A stretch of 61,246 bases of DNA, counting the filler. It is 7 parts of 7 records of this genome, joined end to end, with 100 filler letters (N's around TTAATTAATTAA, not from the genome) between each part and the next. Parts side by side here need not be neighbours in the genome. Positions count along the whole stretch, not along the records: positions 17,808 to 31,156 come from SRR31147125_7073; positions 31,257 to 40,764 come from SRR31147125_7081; 5 more parts are not named here. One strand, 5' to 3'. This document shows positions 20,176 through 31,824 of this stretch, in pieces; position 1 is the stretch's first letter, and every line of letters starts with the position of its first letter. The position numbers were made by a program, and so were the translations under genes. The notes under the pieces were generated by a model. It was not told the origin of the DNA and searched no databases. It worked only from the letters and a program-made list of their open reading frames with translations.

Positions 20176-20949
20176 ATCCCCTAAAATTCCCCCAACTACG
20201 TTTACAAGAGTTTGATGAATGTGTCCATTTGATGCAACCACATTCCCACTCCATATGGCATTATCTTCACCAATAAAATCGGTAATCTGCCCACCTGATT
20301 CTTTGATTATCAAATAACCGGCCGCAACATCCCAGGGTGATAATCCAATTTCCCAAAAGCCTTCGGCGCGGCCGCAAGCGATGTTGCATAAATCAATGGC
20401 AGCCGAACCCATTCGACGAATACCACTCACTTTAGAAAAAAGTTCTTTAAAAGAGTTTAAATACAGATCGATTTTCTCTTTTGCCCGAAAGGGAAATCCT
20501 GTTGACAACAAACTCATAGTCAGGTCAGAAACGTTGGATACTCTGATAGGACAACCATTTAATTGGGCGCCTTTTCCCTTTTCCGCGATAAATAATTCTT
20601 CCCGGCTCGGATCATAGACCACTCCAAGAATAATGTCCCCTTCATATTCCAAAGCAATTGATATGGAAAAAACAGGATAACCATGGATATAATTTGTTGT
20701 GCCATCCAGGGGATCAATGATCCAACGATACCCTCCAACCTCATCTTTGCTGGTTTCTTCCCCAAAAATTTTATGCTCAGGATAGGCTGTTCTTATTATC
20801 TCTACAATTTTTTCTTCTGCTTGTCTATCCACATATGTGACATAATCGAACTTTTTCTTCAAATCAATATGTTCATGTGTTATCTTGCCAAAGTTCTCCT
20901 TCAGAATAAGACCCGCTTCCGTGGCCGCTTTGATGGCTATTTCCTTCAT
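20170..20949 (-). CDS. suhB: Inositol monophosphatase
   Basis: WIIDPLDGTTNY, RRMGSAA, WDVAAG. Confidence 0.93.
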   Translation of the reverse strand: MKEIAIKAATEAGLILKENFGKITHEHIDLKKKFDYVTYVDRQAEEKIVEIIRTAYPEHKIFGEETSKDEVGGYRWIIDPLDGTTNYIHGYPVFSISIALEYEGDIILGVVYDPSREELFIAEKGKGAQLNGCPIRVSNVSDLTMSLLSTGFPFRAKEKIDLYLNSFKELFSKVSGIRRMGSAAIDLCNIACGRAEGFWEIGLSPWDVAAGYLIIKESGGQITDFIGEDNAIWSGNVVASNGHIHQTLVNVVGGILGDS

Positions 20950-20973
20950 AAACGTTTCTCATTTCGTTAGCGT

Positions 20974-23345
20974 TCAGTTTTCTTTTAGCTTTACAATCGT
21001 AACACCCCAATCGCCCTCATTCCAGTTTCCCAACCGCGAACCTTTTACCTGCGGATGGTTTTGAAGAAAAGTTGTTACACTGGATCTAAGTTTACCTGTT
21101 CCTTTACCGTGGATGACTGTTATTTCCCGGAAACCGGCTAATTGAGCTTCATCCATAAAACGATCTACGCGTTCGATGGCTTCTTCTGAATTAAGCCCCC
21201 TTAAATCCACTTCATTCTTGTACACTTCCGGTTGCGATACGTTTACATGCACAATACCGGAATGAGATTTTTTAGGTTTTTTCACCTTTGTTAGTTCCTT
21301 GAGGGGACCTGAACCTTTGCCCCACCTGACTGAAACAACACCCGCCCCTGCTTATCGGGTGTTGAGGCAATATATCCAGAAACATTGTATTTTTCCCACC
21401 TGGCAAAATCACCGTTTTGGAGTTGCACATGCGGGGTTGTTTCCGGTTTTGGCTTTACGTCCGTAATAGTTGATTTCAGCTTTTGAATTTCAGCCCTCTG
21501 AGTCACCAGCTGTTTTTGTGCTTCCTTTATGGCATTTTTATCAGCCTGTTTTTCCTTTATTTCCCGCACAACTTTTTCAATGGTCGCATTAGCCTGTGAC
21601 ACAATCATCTCTGCTTCTTGCAGAGCTTTTCTTTTTAAATGCTTTTCCTCAACCTTGTATTTTTTATTTCGCTCATTATAAAGCCTGGTGAGCCCATTTA
21701 ATTCTGTTTCTTTTACATTCAGGCTGGCATTTAATTTTTTATGTTCCTGGATCTTTTCGTCAAGTTCAAGGATGAGAGTTTCAAGAGTATCTTTTTTTGT
21801 ACCAACGAATTCTTTGGCAGATTCCATTAAAAAAGCAGGCAATCCCATTCGCCGGGCGATTTCAAAAGCGTAACTGGATCCGGGGATACCAACCCGAAGT
21901 CCATAGGTGGGCTCCAACGTTGAAACATCAAATTCCATAGAGGCGTTTTCTACAAACTCGGTCTGAAATGCATACGCCTTTAAACTACTCTGATGCGTGG
22001 TCACCACTGAAAGACACATTATGTTGGTTAAATGCTGCAGTAATGCCATGGCCAGTGCGGATCCTTCCTCCGGATCCGTGCCAGATCCTATCTCGTCGAT
22101 TAAAACCAGACTATTTGCATCCGCGTTGGTGATAATGCCATTAAGACTTTCAAGATGAGAGGAAAAAGTAGAAAGATCGTTCTCTATGGATTGCTGGTCG
22201 CCAATACTGGCAAAGACTTTATGAATGGATCCGATTTTTGAATGAGGCTGCGCTGAAATATGTAATCCACTACGCGCCATAAGTGTTAACAAACCTATGG
22301 TTTTCAAAGCCACTGTTTTGCCACCCGCATTAGGCCCGCTTATAATAAATGTGAAATGCCTGGCACCCATTTCTATATCCAATGGAACAACAGCTTTTTG
22401 CCCCATTCGTAAAAGTAAAAGAGGGTGCCTCCCCTGTGCTATTGAAATATAATTTTGGTCAACTAATTCCGGTTGATATCCCTGTATCGCTTTGGAAAAA
22501 CCTGCTTTTGCGTAAATAAAATCAATTTCAGCAAGAACGTGGATGTTTTCCTCGATATCATTCAGGGATGCTCTGATCTCATCCGTGAGTAGCCTGAGAA
22601 TTCGTTCAATTTCTTTTTTCTCATCGGCCTGGAACTCGCGAATTCGATTGTTTGCTTCCAATACATCCAGGGGCTCAATAAAAACACTGGCACCACTGGC
22701 AGACTGGTCATGAACCAGACCACGAACTTTGCGTTTATACTCTTCTTTAACAACCAGAACAAGACGTCCACCACGCACTGATATGATATTTTCCTGCAGC
22801 ATGCCTTGAGCTCCGAGGCTCTTCAGCATAGCCTCCATCTTTCGTTTTGCCCGCTCCTGAGCATGGTGAATTTGTTGCCTTATTTTTGCCAGGTCAGGAC
22901 TGGCCTTGTCTCTGATTTCAAATGTTTTCGAATCAACGGCACTAAAAATAAGATCTTCTATAGATGGCAGAGGTGACAGACGTTTGGCCACCTTCCAACA
23001 CGCAGGAATTTTTTCCTTTCGAGCACCAAAATATCGTGCCAATTTTCGTACAATAGATAGTGTTTGACCGATAGACGCCAGTTCATCGGCCCTTAGTATA
23101 CTACCAATGGCTCTCGCTTTCCTTAAACCGGGGCGAATATCAATAATTCCATCTATAGGAATCGCCTGGTCATAATCCAATATGTCTCTGAGCTCGGTAA
23201 CCTGAGTCAACGCTTCTTCGAGCTCTTTGTTGTCCTGTAAAAGACCAACTTTCAGGGCGAGTTCTTCGCCTAGATTGGATGAAGCATATCCTGCCAGTTT
23301 TTCACATATACGTGTAAATTCTAATATTTTTAACGCTGATTCCAA
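20974..23345 (-). CDS. mutS2: Endonuclease MutS2 (Smr domain split off by frameshift at ~21304)
   Basis: GPNAGGKT, LSTFSSH, DEIGSGTDP; Smr VDLRG...IHGKGTG; an extra C gives VPLKELTKVKKP. Confidence 0.93.
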
Positions 23346-23437
23346 TTTAATATTACCACATTATTTATTCAAAAATAGTACTTTTTTCAGTAGGATACTC
23401 TCTGATACAGTCATCTCTGATGTTCGCTATTGGCGTG

Positions 23438-24018
23438 TTATTTAGCACGTTCTGTTATTTCTTGTTTAATCTGTTTTGAATTATTCTTGTCTTTTTCCAA
23501 TCGATGAAGCACGGAATTTAACCCATTCTCAGCCTGAGGAAAAAGTAAAAAAACCTTTTCAACGACCACCACAGTGACTTTCCTAACATGATCAAACAAT
23601 ATGGATGAATCTTGTATTTTTTGAATCTTGCTACCCATAGGAAACACGGTTAAAGTCAAAGTTAAAACACCGAGAATGAAAAAACCCTGGATAAATCCAA
23701 GAAAAGCACCTACCAGTACATTTATCTTAGTAATTGTATCTTCATCAAACATTTTTTGAAAAACGTTGATCAAAATCTCAATGCAAACACGTGTAAATAT
23801 CGCAATAAAAGCAAAGGTGATAATTTGTGCAAATGAGAGAGAAAACCTGGGATATTTTACAAATAGTTTCGCGCCGGCCATATCATAAAATTTAATAGCG
23901 ACCAACAATGAGAGCAACAAACCGGTAAAGCCACGCAACTCTGTTATAAAACCTCTTTTACCCCCAAATACACGAATAACAAAATACTTGTAATGAAAAA
24001 TATATCAACCAGATTCAT
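23438..24018 (-). CDS. cvpA: CvpA family membrane protein (frameshift at ~23963)
   Basis: MNLVDIFF...G.KRGFITEL after a one-base repair; GAFLGFIQG; upstream of mutS2. Confidence 0.75.
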
Positions 24019-24056
24019 ATTGATCTTCCAGGACTGAATAAAATCACGTATAAATG

Positions 24057-24102
24057 AAAAAAGTGAATAAAGTTCGCGAAAATACCTACTTTATCCACTT
24101 TT
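24057..24102 (-). terminator. Intrinsic terminator after rpsU-yqeY
   Basis: AAAAGTG(A/G)ATAAAGT inverted repeat with a T-run. Confidence 0.55.
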
Positions 24103-24135
24103 CAATTATTTACGATATAATAAAAAATTCGTTTT

Positions 24136-24579
24136 TTAGCTGAGTTTTTTTCTCACGAGTTCATTTATCTGTTTGCCATCGGCGCGACCTTTAGCCTTTG
24201 CCATAATCACCGGCATGACCTTTCCTAAATCACTGATTGTTTGTGCGCCTACTTGCTCTATTGCTTCATCAACCATTTTTTCAACTTCTGCGATAGAAAG
24301 TTGTTCTGGTAAATATGCTTGTATAACTACAAGCTCACCTTTCTCCTTCTCTACCAAATCATCGCGTCCGGCATCTGTATAAGCTTGAATTGATTCTTTG
24401 CGTCGTTTTGCAGCATGAGTGATGACGGCAATCTCTTCGTCTTTTGTAAGCTCAGCTTGCTTGTTGATAGCAGCGTCCTTGATCTGTCCCCGCAAGAGAC
24501 GAATTGTCGAAAGACGCATTTTTTCGCCAGATTTCATGGCGGATTTCATATCGTTAGTTAATTGCTCTAATAGGCTCAT
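24136..24579 (-). CDS. yqeY: GatB/YqeY domain protein
   Basis: DMKSAMKS, KRRKESI, YLPEQLS, KGRADGK; follows rpsU. Confidence 0.9.
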   Translation of the reverse strand: MSLLEQLTNDMKSAMKSGEKMRLSTIRLLRGQIKDAAINKQAELTKDEEIAVITHAAKRRKESIQAYTDAGRDDLVEKEKGELVVIQAYLPEQLSIAEVEKMVDEAIEQVGAQTISDLGKVMPVIMAKAKGRADGKQINELVRKKLS

Positions 24580-24621
24580 AATATTCACCAAATGCTAGTC
24601 AAAATATCAAATTATAATTAA

Positions 24622-24818
24622 TTATCTATTTTTCATCATTTGGATCTTGCGCGCTTTTCGCCTGGCAGCTGCTATCTTTCTTTTTTTCTTTCGCTGGGCT
24701 TTTCATATTGTTGGTGCTTTTTAATATCAGACATGATGCCCGCTTTTTCACACGATTTTGTAAAGCGTTTTAAAGCCCTTTCGAAATTCTCGCCTTCGCG
24801 GATTCGAATTCCCGGCAT
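24622..24818 (-). CDS. rpsU: 30S ribosomal protein S21 (absent from ORF track; one A missing at ~24684)
   Basis: MPGIRIREGENFERALKRFTKSCEKAGIMSDIKKHQQYEKPSE(RKKRKIAAARRK...); AAGGAGG RBS. Confidence 0.93.
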
Positions 24819-25038
24819 TAAGAATCAACCCTCCTTTCTTTCTCGTATTTTGCAGTATACATAATATATAATATAACTAAACAGTTTATTTAAAGCAACA
24901 TTATTTTTGGAATAAAATGCCCAATCATTTAACCTTTATCAAAAAACGATAAAATCGTCAATTTTCCACATCATTTTTTCTACGGACACTTTCACGCACT
25001 GACATAAAAATATGTGCAGGATTTACAGTCCGTTATTT

Positions 25039-25379
25039 TCAGCCCGGAGGCCATCCCATCCATCTCCCCCCGAGTAAATGCAAATGAATATGAAAAACAG
25101 TTTGCCCACCGTCGTTATTGCAGTTCAGTACAAGACGGTACCCACTTTCTCCAATTCCCAACTCTTTTGCCAGTTTTCTGGCTGTTATTACCATATGAGA
25201 TATTACGGGTGAATCCTCTTCTGATAAATCATTAATCGTACTAATATGCTTCCTGGGAATGACCAGGATATGCACAGGAGCCTGGGGATTAATATCCCGA
25301 AAGGCAACGACCACATCATCCTCAAATACAATTTTTGCGGGATTTTTTTCTCAGCAATATCACAAAACAAACACGCCAT
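25039..25379 (-). CDS. hinT: Histidine triad nucleotide-binding protein (frameshift at ~25340)
   Basis: MACLFCDI start; DINPQAPVHILVIP; HIHLH; GWPPG end. Confidence 0.92.
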
Positions 25380-25417
25380 ACCAGCTCCTCATTTCTCTAA
25401 ACAGGATTATCACTATT

Positions 25418-26149
25418 TTATTCAAGTTCTCCAGCAGCGGATAGTATCTTGATGGCTCCAACAAGGCCAGCTGTTTCACTTCGCAATCGCCTTTTTCCGA
25501 GACTTATCGGTTCCACATGACGCGAAAGCGCGTATTGTACTTCATTTTCAGTAAAGCCACCTTCAGGACCAACAAAAAGGACAATACAGTCTCTATTTTT
25601 TTCAACATTTAAAAGGTCTTTTTTGTATCCGACAGAATCATCCGCATGGGCTATATATTCGGTAGAATCAGCGTAAAAATCCACGGCATCATTAAATTTC
25701 ATTGGCGACAAAATGGCCGGGCAGCGACATCGCCCGGATTGTTTCATAGCAGCAATCGCCTTTTGTTGCCATCGTGTTGACCGGTTTGATGGATCAGGCA
25801 TAGACCTCTCTGTAAGAATCGGCAAGAAAGCGGATATGCCAATTTCCGTTCCTTTTTCCACAACAATATCAAAACGGGACCCCTTCGGTACAGCCTGAGC
25901 CAGGGTCAAATGAACTGAAGGTTCACACATATTCTGGTCTTTTTGCTGAATTTCAGCATCCAGGTGTTTTTTTTCTATTCTTTTAATTTTACCAGTGTAT
26001 CTATTACCCACCCCATCAACAGCCACAATCTTGTCGCCGACTCGTTTTCGCATGACTTTAATAATATGGGTAAAATCTCCTCCTTCAAGAGAAAAAGAGG
26101 CTTGGGTCACATTTCGAGGTTCTACATAATATTGTTCAATATGGCTCAT
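25418..26149 (-). CDS. rsmE: 16S rRNA m3U1498 methyltransferase
   Basis: EKGTEIG, KQSGR, VGPEGGF, LGKRRLRSETA. Confidence 0.93.
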   Translation of the reverse strand: MSHIEQYYVEPRNVTQASFSLEGGDFTHIIKVMRKRVGDKIVAVDGVGNRYTGKIKRIEKKHLDAEIQQKDQNMCEPSVHLTLAQAVPKGSRFDIVVEKGTEIGISAFLPILTERSMPDPSNRSTRWQQKAIAAMKQSGRCRCPAILSPMKFNDAVDFYADSTEYIAHADDSVGYKKDLLNVEKNRDCIVLFVGPEGGFTENEVQYALSRHVEPISLGKRRLRSETAGLVGAIKILSAAGELE

Positions 26150-26151
26150 CT

Positions 26152-27471
26152 TTAAAACCAAACTTGTGTATCTACAATAAATTGTGGATCGCCATTTGTA
26201 TCCCAGGAATACTCGACTCTTAACAGATCCACATATGGAACATGAAGATGTAATCCAAAGCCAAATCCGGATAGAAAATCATCCTGGGTCAAATATCGGC
26301 CTTGATCCCAGACAACACCAGTATCGTAAAAGAGTCCTCCACTTATGCCAAAAGGTAAATTATGTCCATAGCTGCCAAAGGCAAAATCCATTTCCCCCAT
26401 ATCATAATGACGCACTTTAATAATTGGAAAACGAAGTTCGATGTTGCCCATAAATCGGTTAAGCCCCTCCCTAACTGAATCAAAATGACCGCGTATACGG
26501 TGTAGATAACCTATATATTTGTGTTCATAAACAGGCATAAAGCCATAGCTCATATCCACCGCTAAACGTGTCGCCACAGATATCCCACAAAAAAGCGGTT
26601 TATACTGCCGAATATCCGCCCCATACGTAAAATAATCGATTCGTCCAAAATCAAAAGACCTTGTTCCATAAAGCTTGACGAACCATCCATTCATCGCATA
26701 CTGCATCAGGTCCCTGTTATCATATCGAAAAGATAATCCCATAAAAGGATGATTATCATTTGTTGTTTGTGATGCTGTCGTCCTCTCAAATCCATCGGGA
26801 ACATGGACTCTTTTATACCCAAGATGCGATGTCAGATAGGTATGATAGCCAAATCGTTTGCCGAGCGAACAGGAAATACCAAGATAATTTTCATCAAACT
26901 CGTCATAACGCGGACTTTTATTCCTGATTTTATCTAAAGAAAAACTTAATTTTAAAAAGAGTTGTTTGCTTTTCCATATCCAGGGATTCATATAATAAAA
27001 ATTCATTCCAGGATTATAACCAAGCCAGAAGGATCCGGCAACAGTTGTATTTAAACCTCGAAAATTCTGATAAACAAGCCCTGCACCATAAGATAGCTTG
27101 CCCCAATCCCGCTCGTTGTTATAAAAAATAGGATATGGAAATATATACCACCGTTCCGCTACAAGAAATAATAGCGCAATTCCTCCGTCAGCATATAACG
27201 GTTGAACTTCGACTCGTGAGAACAATCGAAGGTTTAATAATCGATTCTTATCCTCTTCCAACAACGTCAGATCCAGTGGTTCACCAATTTTAGATTTAAT
27301 TTCTCTTCTGAGGATAATTTCTTTTGTCTTGTTATTGCCAACAAACATTATCTGCTTAATAATCAAAGAATCCAAAGGAATGCTTTTTGTCTCATCTTGA
27401 GCATGCCCGTTATGTATATAGTATAACTGGAAAAAACAGATAATAAACAGGCACAACAAATTTTGTTTCAT
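26152..27471 (-). CDS. Omp85/BamA-TamA family outer-membrane protein with one POTRA
   Basis: Signal peptide; GNNKTKEIILRRE POTRA; IRGH; ELRFP; terminal Phe. Confidence 0.8.
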   Translation of the reverse strand: MKQNLLCLFIICFFQLYYIHNGHAQDETKSIPLDSLIIKQIMFVGNNKTKEIILRREIKSKIGEPLDLTLLEEDKNRLLNLRLFSRVEVQPLYADGGIALLFLVAERWYIFPYPIFYNNERDWGKLSYGAGLVYQNFRGLNTTVAGSFWLGYNPGMNFYYMNPWIWKSKQLFLKLSFSLDKIRNKSPRYDEFDENYLGISCSLGKRFGYHTYLTSHLGYKRVHVPDGFERTTASQTTNDNHPFMGLSFRYDNRDLMQYAMNGWFVKLYGTRSFDFGRIDYFTYGADIRQYKPLFCGISVATRLAVDMSYGFMPVYEHKYIGYLHRIRGHFDSVREGLNRFMGNIELRFPIIKVRHYDMGEMDFAFGSYGHNLPFGISGGLFYDTGVVWDQGRYLTQDDFLSGFGFGLHLHVPYVDLLRVEYSWDTNGDPQFIVDTQVWF

Positions 27472-27483
27472 AGATCAGCTCAA

Positions 27484-28680
27484 TTAATACTTGTTAAATA
27501 ACCTCAGGGAAATACGCCACTCTTTATCGTTGCCACTAAATTGACGAGCGAAATCGATTCTAAAAAATCCATCAAGTAGCAAAAAAGAAAAACCTCCGTC
27601 TACCAAAAAATCGGCATCAGATAAACCATCAAACAGGTTATCTTTTACTTCTGTATTAGCCCACGCATCCCCGGCATCGATAAAGAGGGATAAAGAGGCC
27701 GCATCCATCATAGGTAATTGTTGTATCGGTAATTTTTGTAGAATATCACCAGCAAAAGCATAGTCAACGCTAAACAATATCTGGTTCTGACCGCTTTTTA
27801 TAAAATCCCGATATCCCCGCAAACTGCCAGGTCCACCGATATTCATCAAATATTGTGGGGCCAAACTCCCTTCTCTGAAACCCAGCAGCGATTTAAATAT
27901 GATTCGCTGGTTACCAACTGTGGGTTGATAATATCTGGTATCAAGAAAAAAACCATTGGTATTAAAATCACCGCTGGTATTTTCATAAATACCTTCAAAA
28001 CAGACTCCACTTAACGGAAAGAAAGGATTATCCCTCCAGTCCAACATAAAGGATAGTTTAAGACTGTTTTCCCGTCCCTCTACAATCCCTGGATTGGCCC
28101 GATATTTTTTCCGAGTGCCAAAAAAACTGCCGGCAAAATTGGAATTTGTTTCCATATTCGTATAATCATTTTGAGCGTATTCAATCCGAAACAAGTGCTG
28201 CTGCCACATACGTTTATCAGCCAACACTTTCCAACCTTCCCTGCCAAAATAGTTTCGAAAATCTTCCCGCAAAAAAAGTCCGGCCAGCGAGTTTTCCAAT
28301 TCACCAACCTTCCAGCCATCGTTGGTAAATGTCTTGTCAAAGACAAGAGCACGCATAATTAATCGATCCTGATCACCAAAACGTTTTTCAAGACCTACCT
28401 CGTAACGCTCCTGTTCATTTTTAAGCCCATATCCGGCTTGTAAAATGGCAGCGGCGTTCCACGTTTCTGGCAGATTATAAATCAGACCACCATGTAAAAA
28501 TAGTCCTTCCACACGATTATAATAAGGCCGGGTCCAGAATTCAAACGTTTTGTATTCTGAAAAAGGATCATCGTCTATTTTTTTATATCCAAATTGTGGG
28601 AAAGCACTTTCCCAACAACCGATTACTAATACGAAACTAACAACAAACTGCACTATCCGTCCAGTGCGTTTTAAAAACAT
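27484..28680 (-). CDS. Omp85-like outer-membrane beta-barrel
   Basis: YNRVEG, DWRDNPFFP, GGPGSLRGY, FIDAG, RIDFA. Confidence 0.7.
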   Translation of the reverse strand: MFLKRTGRIVQFVVSFVLVIGCWESAFPQFGYKKIDDDPFSEYKTFEFWTRPYYNRVEGLFLHGGLIYNLPETWNAAAILQAGYGLKNEQERYEVGLEKRFGDQDRLIMRALVFDKTFTNDGWKVGELENSLAGLFLREDFRNYFGREGWKVLADKRMWQQHLFRIEYAQNDYTNMETNSNFAGSFFGTRKKYRANPGIVEGRENSLKLSFMLDWRDNPFFPLSGVCFEGIYENTSGDFNTNGFFLDTRYYQPTVGNQRIIFKSLLGFREGSLAPQYLMNIGGPGSLRGYRDFIKSGQNQILFSVDYAFAGDILQKLPIQQLPMMDAASLSLFIDAGDAWANTEVKDNLFDGLSDADFLVDGGFSFLLLDGFFRIDFARQFSGNDKEWRISLRLFNKY

Positions 28681-28802
28681 TTAATCCTCCATACTTTTTA
28701 GTTTCTGGAAATCATCAGCCACAGGACAAAGAGAATCTCTCTTTCAAATTTAACGCTGACTGAATGATATGCCCTATCAACAAAAACAAAACATCAGCAT
28801 TA

Positions 28803-29236
28803 TCAGGATTTTTTATGCCTTTTTTTTACAAGGATCACTTCAGTCCCTGTCGATGTAAAATTAAAAAAACCTGGTCCATCAGGGCCTTGATAATAAAAAC
28901 ACCTCGCCCGCTTTCCTTTAATAAATTTTCAGGTTTGAGTGGATTATCAACTTTATCCGGAACAAAACCTGCTCCTTCATCACGAACTTTAATTTTAAAA
29001 TTTTCAGGGGAAATCACAAATTCAATGTGTACTTTTTTTGACAGGTTGCTATTATTACCATGATATATGGCATTAGCAACAACTTCTGTTAATGCTATGG
29101 AAATATTTTCCCGTTCATCCTCATTAAAGCCAGCCTTTTTAAACAATTTATCTGCTTTGGCCTCAACATTTTGAATTTCTTCTGGATTGCTGAAGATTTC
29201 CATCACATGTATGCTTGTTTTCTGCTTATTTTTCAA
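28803..29236 (-). CDS. RsbW-like anti-sigma factor / HATPase (frameshift near C-terminus)
   Basis: EVVANAIYHGN, VRDEGAGF, GRGVFIIKALMD; repair gives GTEVILVK. Confidence 0.85.
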
Positions 29237-29246
29237 AGATTTTCCT

Positions 29247-31136
29247 TTAAAAATACCAATTTAGCCGAATATCAATATTGTTTAAATAATACTTTTGTTG
29301 GCCTGGTGCATGAACAGCCTGCCTGTTAGCGTTTATAGCCAATTGTAATTTCTGAGACGGCAAATAATAAAGACGAAATATCGGACCATAACTTGAATAG
29401 GTATCTGCTTTTTCTATTACTTCAACTCCAAATTGATCGTTATTATGCCGCCACTCATTACGGGAATAAACAGAAAAACCTGGAGCAAGTGTAAATTTCT
29501 TTAATATGGAATAATTCCATAATATGCGAAACCACTGGCTGCGTCTGGTAATCAACACTCTTTCGGTCCAATCATCCCATGACAACTGTCCGTTTTCTTC
29601 AAGTTCTAATCGATATCCAACAGATAACATGGATTTTTGAGAAACGTGCCATGTTATTGAATCCTCAACCGCAAATTTACGAAAAACAAAACTTTTGGTC
29701 AAAACACTCTGATCTTCAAAATCGTAATCAACATAATTCGCCAGAACTTCAAAGGACTGCTTTAGCCGAAAATTTTTATTCGGAGTGAATTCCAGCCTGG
29801 GATTCAGTGAAAATATTCTGTTCCAGTTATTATCTGCGCTTCTTTCTCCAAAAATGTAAACCAGATGATATAAATTTACGCTCGCATTTAACTCAAGTTT
29901 CAGAAATGGACTAAATCGATGAATTTCAACAAATTTTGAATTTAGTCGCAATTCATCTCTGTCATCAAAATTATTCGTATCAGGGGTGTCATACTGAAAA
30001 CGGCTTACTGAAAAAAAAGTGTAAACGGAATCAGCTCGCCCCAGGTTTAATCCAAAATCGGTTGACAATAATAATCTGTTACTCTCATTATCCGGTGTAA
30101 CAAAGGCTGTTCGTTGAGAGAAAGGGGTATTACTCTTATCCGTCTCAATGTCATAGCTCTGTATCTGACTCCAATAGGTCAAATGAAGTCCACCCGTCAA
30201 TTTCTTTTTCTCTAACTGCATAGAGAGACTGTTACTAATGAACTGGTCATTTCGTTTGCGTAACCGTTCTTCACTGGCTGAAACAGATTGGAGCTCTACA
30301 TTCTTAAATTGAAAAGTACTCCTGGCTCGTAAGCGAAAAACATCACTGACTTTGTATGATAATAAGTTATTTAATCCTCTTACACTTTCCCGTAAACTTT
30401 CGATATCTCCCGTTTGAGATGTATAATTATCTCTGCGTTGATACGTGTCAAAAATCCTGATTGAATCGGACGTGCCTGGAACAAATTCTTTATAAATTAA
30501 ATGTTGAAAATTGAAATCCCGATTCTGGCGCTCTGAAAAACGATCCTGGTCAAGATTGACATAAAGATTGTTATTATATCCGCCTAAATCAACATCATTT
30601 GCAGAGACATTCGCATCAACAGTTGTTCCGACATCCTTTTGTTCCAGTCGATAATCCCATTTTGGACCCACATTTGCTGAAACAGACACATTGGATAAAG
30701 GAAACATCTTTATGCCAACCTGACCCACATGGGTTTGAATGTCATTATTAAATCCAGATTGTTTGTCTATAAAAGATATAGACCCTAAACGGGATTCAAT
30801 TATAAATGTAGGCAAAAGTTGATAGTTAAAAAAAACGTTTAAATTCTGATCATCTTTCCATCTATCTTCATTATTTGACAGTCGTAACATGGAAGAACGG
30901 AAATTTTCCTGTAATGAAAATTGTGCCTTTTTGCCAATGTTTTTGGCCGTGTTTAACTGGTAGTTCCAGATATAGGTGTTAAATTCCTGATGAAAACCGG
31001 CTACACTCAAGTTCGGTATTACAGTTTTACCTGAAGGTGCATTCTGTAATTGCCCATGAGCCATTCTCCCAAAACACAAGAATATAACGAAAAGGGTTCC
31101 TCGTATCAAAACACTGTGAGTATTTATCCTTCGCAA
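29247..31136 (-). CDS. Hypothetical outer-membrane beta-barrel protein
   Basis: Signal peptide; alternating beta-strand patterns; ends LNWYF. Confidence 0.6.
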   Translation of the reverse strand: MRRINTHSVLIRGTLFVIFLCFGRMAHGQLQNAPSGKTVIPNLSVAGFHQEFNTYIWNYQLNTAKNIGKKAQFSLQENFRSSMLRLSNNEDRWKDDQNLNVFFNYQLLPTFIIESRLGSISFIDKQSGFNNDIQTHVGQVGIKMFPLSNVSVSANVGPKWDYRLEQKDVGTTVDANVSANDVDLGGYNNNLYVNLDQDRFSERQNRDFNFQHLIYKEFVPGTSDSIRIFDTYQRRDNYTSQTGDIESLRESVRGLNNLLSYKVSDVFRLRARSTFQFKNVELQSVSASEERLRKRNDQFISNSLSMQLEKKKLTGGLHLTYWSQIQSYDIETDKSNTPFSQRTAFVTPDNESNRLLLSTDFGLNLGRADSVYTFFSVSRFQYDTPDTNNFDDRDELRLNSKFVEIHRFSPFLKLELNASVNLYHLVYIFGERSADNNWNRIFSLNPRLEFTPNKNFRLKQSFEVLANYVDYDFEDQSVLTKSFVFRKFAVEDSITWHVSQKSMLSVGYRLELEENGQLSWDDWTERVLITRRSQWFRILWNYSILKKFTLAPGFSVYSRNEWRHNNDQFGVEVIEKADTYSSYGPIFRLYYLPSQKLQLAINANRQAVHAPGQQKYYLNNIDIRLNWYF

Positions 31137-31156
31137 ACTCTATATACTCTTTTTTT

Positions 31157-31256
31157 NNNNNNNNNNNNNNNNNNNNNNNNNNNNNNNNNNNNNNNNNNNN
31201 TTAATTAATTAANNNNNNNNNNNNNNNNNNNNNNNNNNNNNNNNNNNNNNNNNNNN
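31157..31256. other. Artificial contig spacer
   Basis: N44-TTAATTAATTAA-N44. Confidence 0.98.
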
Positions 31257-31316
31257 GCTTGTTGAATAATATTATTACTCAACAAGATCAATAAATAACT
31301 TTTAGTAAAGCCATAT

Positions 31317-31802
31317 TTAAAGACAAGTATCGAACTGCCTTTTTATATGGTTTTTTTCTGCTTTTTTTGTAAGCGATGATCCACTTAATCCAATACATTT
31401 TAAGACAGTTGCGCCTTTTTCCTTTGCCAAGTTAGACAAATATTCATGAGCCTTTTCAACTCCGTTTAATTTTTCATCTGCCATTACAGTTGCAATTATA
31501 ACTTCCTTGTTTGTAAGGTCAGCATTTGCCATGAATGTATTCATTGCAGGTACAGGATTGCCAACCCAGATAGGAGTGCACAAATATAGCTTATCATATT
31601 CGCTTATTTCGTCCCAAGGAGTGTTTATAAGCTTTGACTGCTTCCTTCTGGTAGCTTGATATCCACTTTTTATAAACCCAAAAACGCCCTTTCTTTTTCC
31701 CTTTTCTATAAGCTTTATAATTTTGCCGTCGTATTTTTCCTTAAGCAGCTTTGCTAGTATTTCTGTACTACCGTCTTTTGAATAATAAACTATTCCTATC
31801 AT
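31317..31802 (-). CDS. Flavodoxin-like protein
   Basis: VYYSKDGST, LCTPIWVG; AAGGAG RBS before ATG 31802. Confidence 0.8.
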   Translation of the reverse strand: MIGIVYYSKDGSTEILAKLLKEKYDGKIIKLIEKGKRKGVFGFIKSGYQATRRKQSKLINTPWDEISEYDKLYLCTPIWVGNPVPAMNTFMANADLTNKEVIIATVMADEKLNGVEKAHEYLSNLAKEKGATVLKCIGLSGSSLTKKAEKNHIKRQFDTCL

Positions 31803-31824
31803 AATGCTATCTCCTTTTCTGCTA

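Noticed and set aside
21285-21310. Programmed frameshift or separate Smr gene in mutS2
   Set aside because: One base added to a C4 run restores canonical MutS2, matching the window-wide error pattern
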